Below are positions 63,732 through 64,000 of a DNA stretch of 64,000 nt, in pieces. The DNA comes from the human T2T-CHM13v2.0 reference genome, Homo sapiens. A program made the position numbers and the translations under genes. The stretch lies in the NCBI RefSeq assembly GCF_009914755.1, contig NC_060930.1; one strand, 5' to 3'. A model generated the notes under the pieces. That model was not told the DNA's origin, searched no databases, and worked only from the letters and a program-made list of their open reading frames with translations. Each line of letters opens with the position of its first letter. Position 1 is the first letter of the stretch.

Positions 63732-64000
63732 CAGTGGGTCCAGACTTTGGTTTCAGTGCCCCCTACGGTATAACAGTCATTAAGGACCCCAAATTATTTA
63801 TGTAAATTATATGTCAATATTTACCATATTAGGAATTAAAACAGAAAATGTTTTAAATATTCTAATTCATTTTAAAATAACAATAATAAATCCATTATGT
63901 GTTAACATATTTTTATTAAAACCAACTATATTTTTCAAAAGAGAAAAATCACTGAGAAGAGTGGCATTAATCTACATGTGTGTCAGTCTCTGTCTGGCTT
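63732..64000. mobile_element. Charlie1-type hAT transposon end
   Basis: attaaggaccccaaa...atatttaccatattaggaattaaaac...ttaaaataacaataataaa...tgagaagagtggcatt...tgtctggctt. Confidence 0.75.

Noticed and set aside
63773-63784. 12-bp match ACAGTCATTAAG to the 29-bp VNTR unit
   Set aside because: Lies in a Charlie1 element and is short enough to be chance

Overview
This is primate, almost certainly human, non-coding genomic DNA. It contains AluJ/S/Y, L1, L2, MIR, MaLR and MER4-group ERV elements and hAT relics. The GC-rich unique sequence and the density of minisatellites suggest a distal or subtelomeric gene-poor region, but I cannot name the locus. I recognise no protein-coding exon, RNA gene or CRISPR array. 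The supplied ORFs are explained by repeats or by GC-rich background. The main structures are: a ~7.5 kb two-LTR MER65-like provirus carrying an env-like relic (3394-10898); a complete THE1/MST element nested in a MER4-group solo LTR (18720-20969); an L1MA with a twin-priming 5' inversion (35875-37590); an LTR9-type LTR with octamer sites; three large and several small VNTRs whose units contain transcription-factor motifs; many two-copy micro-duplications; and several homeodomain/forkhead motif clusters in unique DNA that are candidate enhancers. I found no convincing new biological system. Repeat subfamily names come from remembered consensus sequences and need RepeatMasker/Dfam confirmation.
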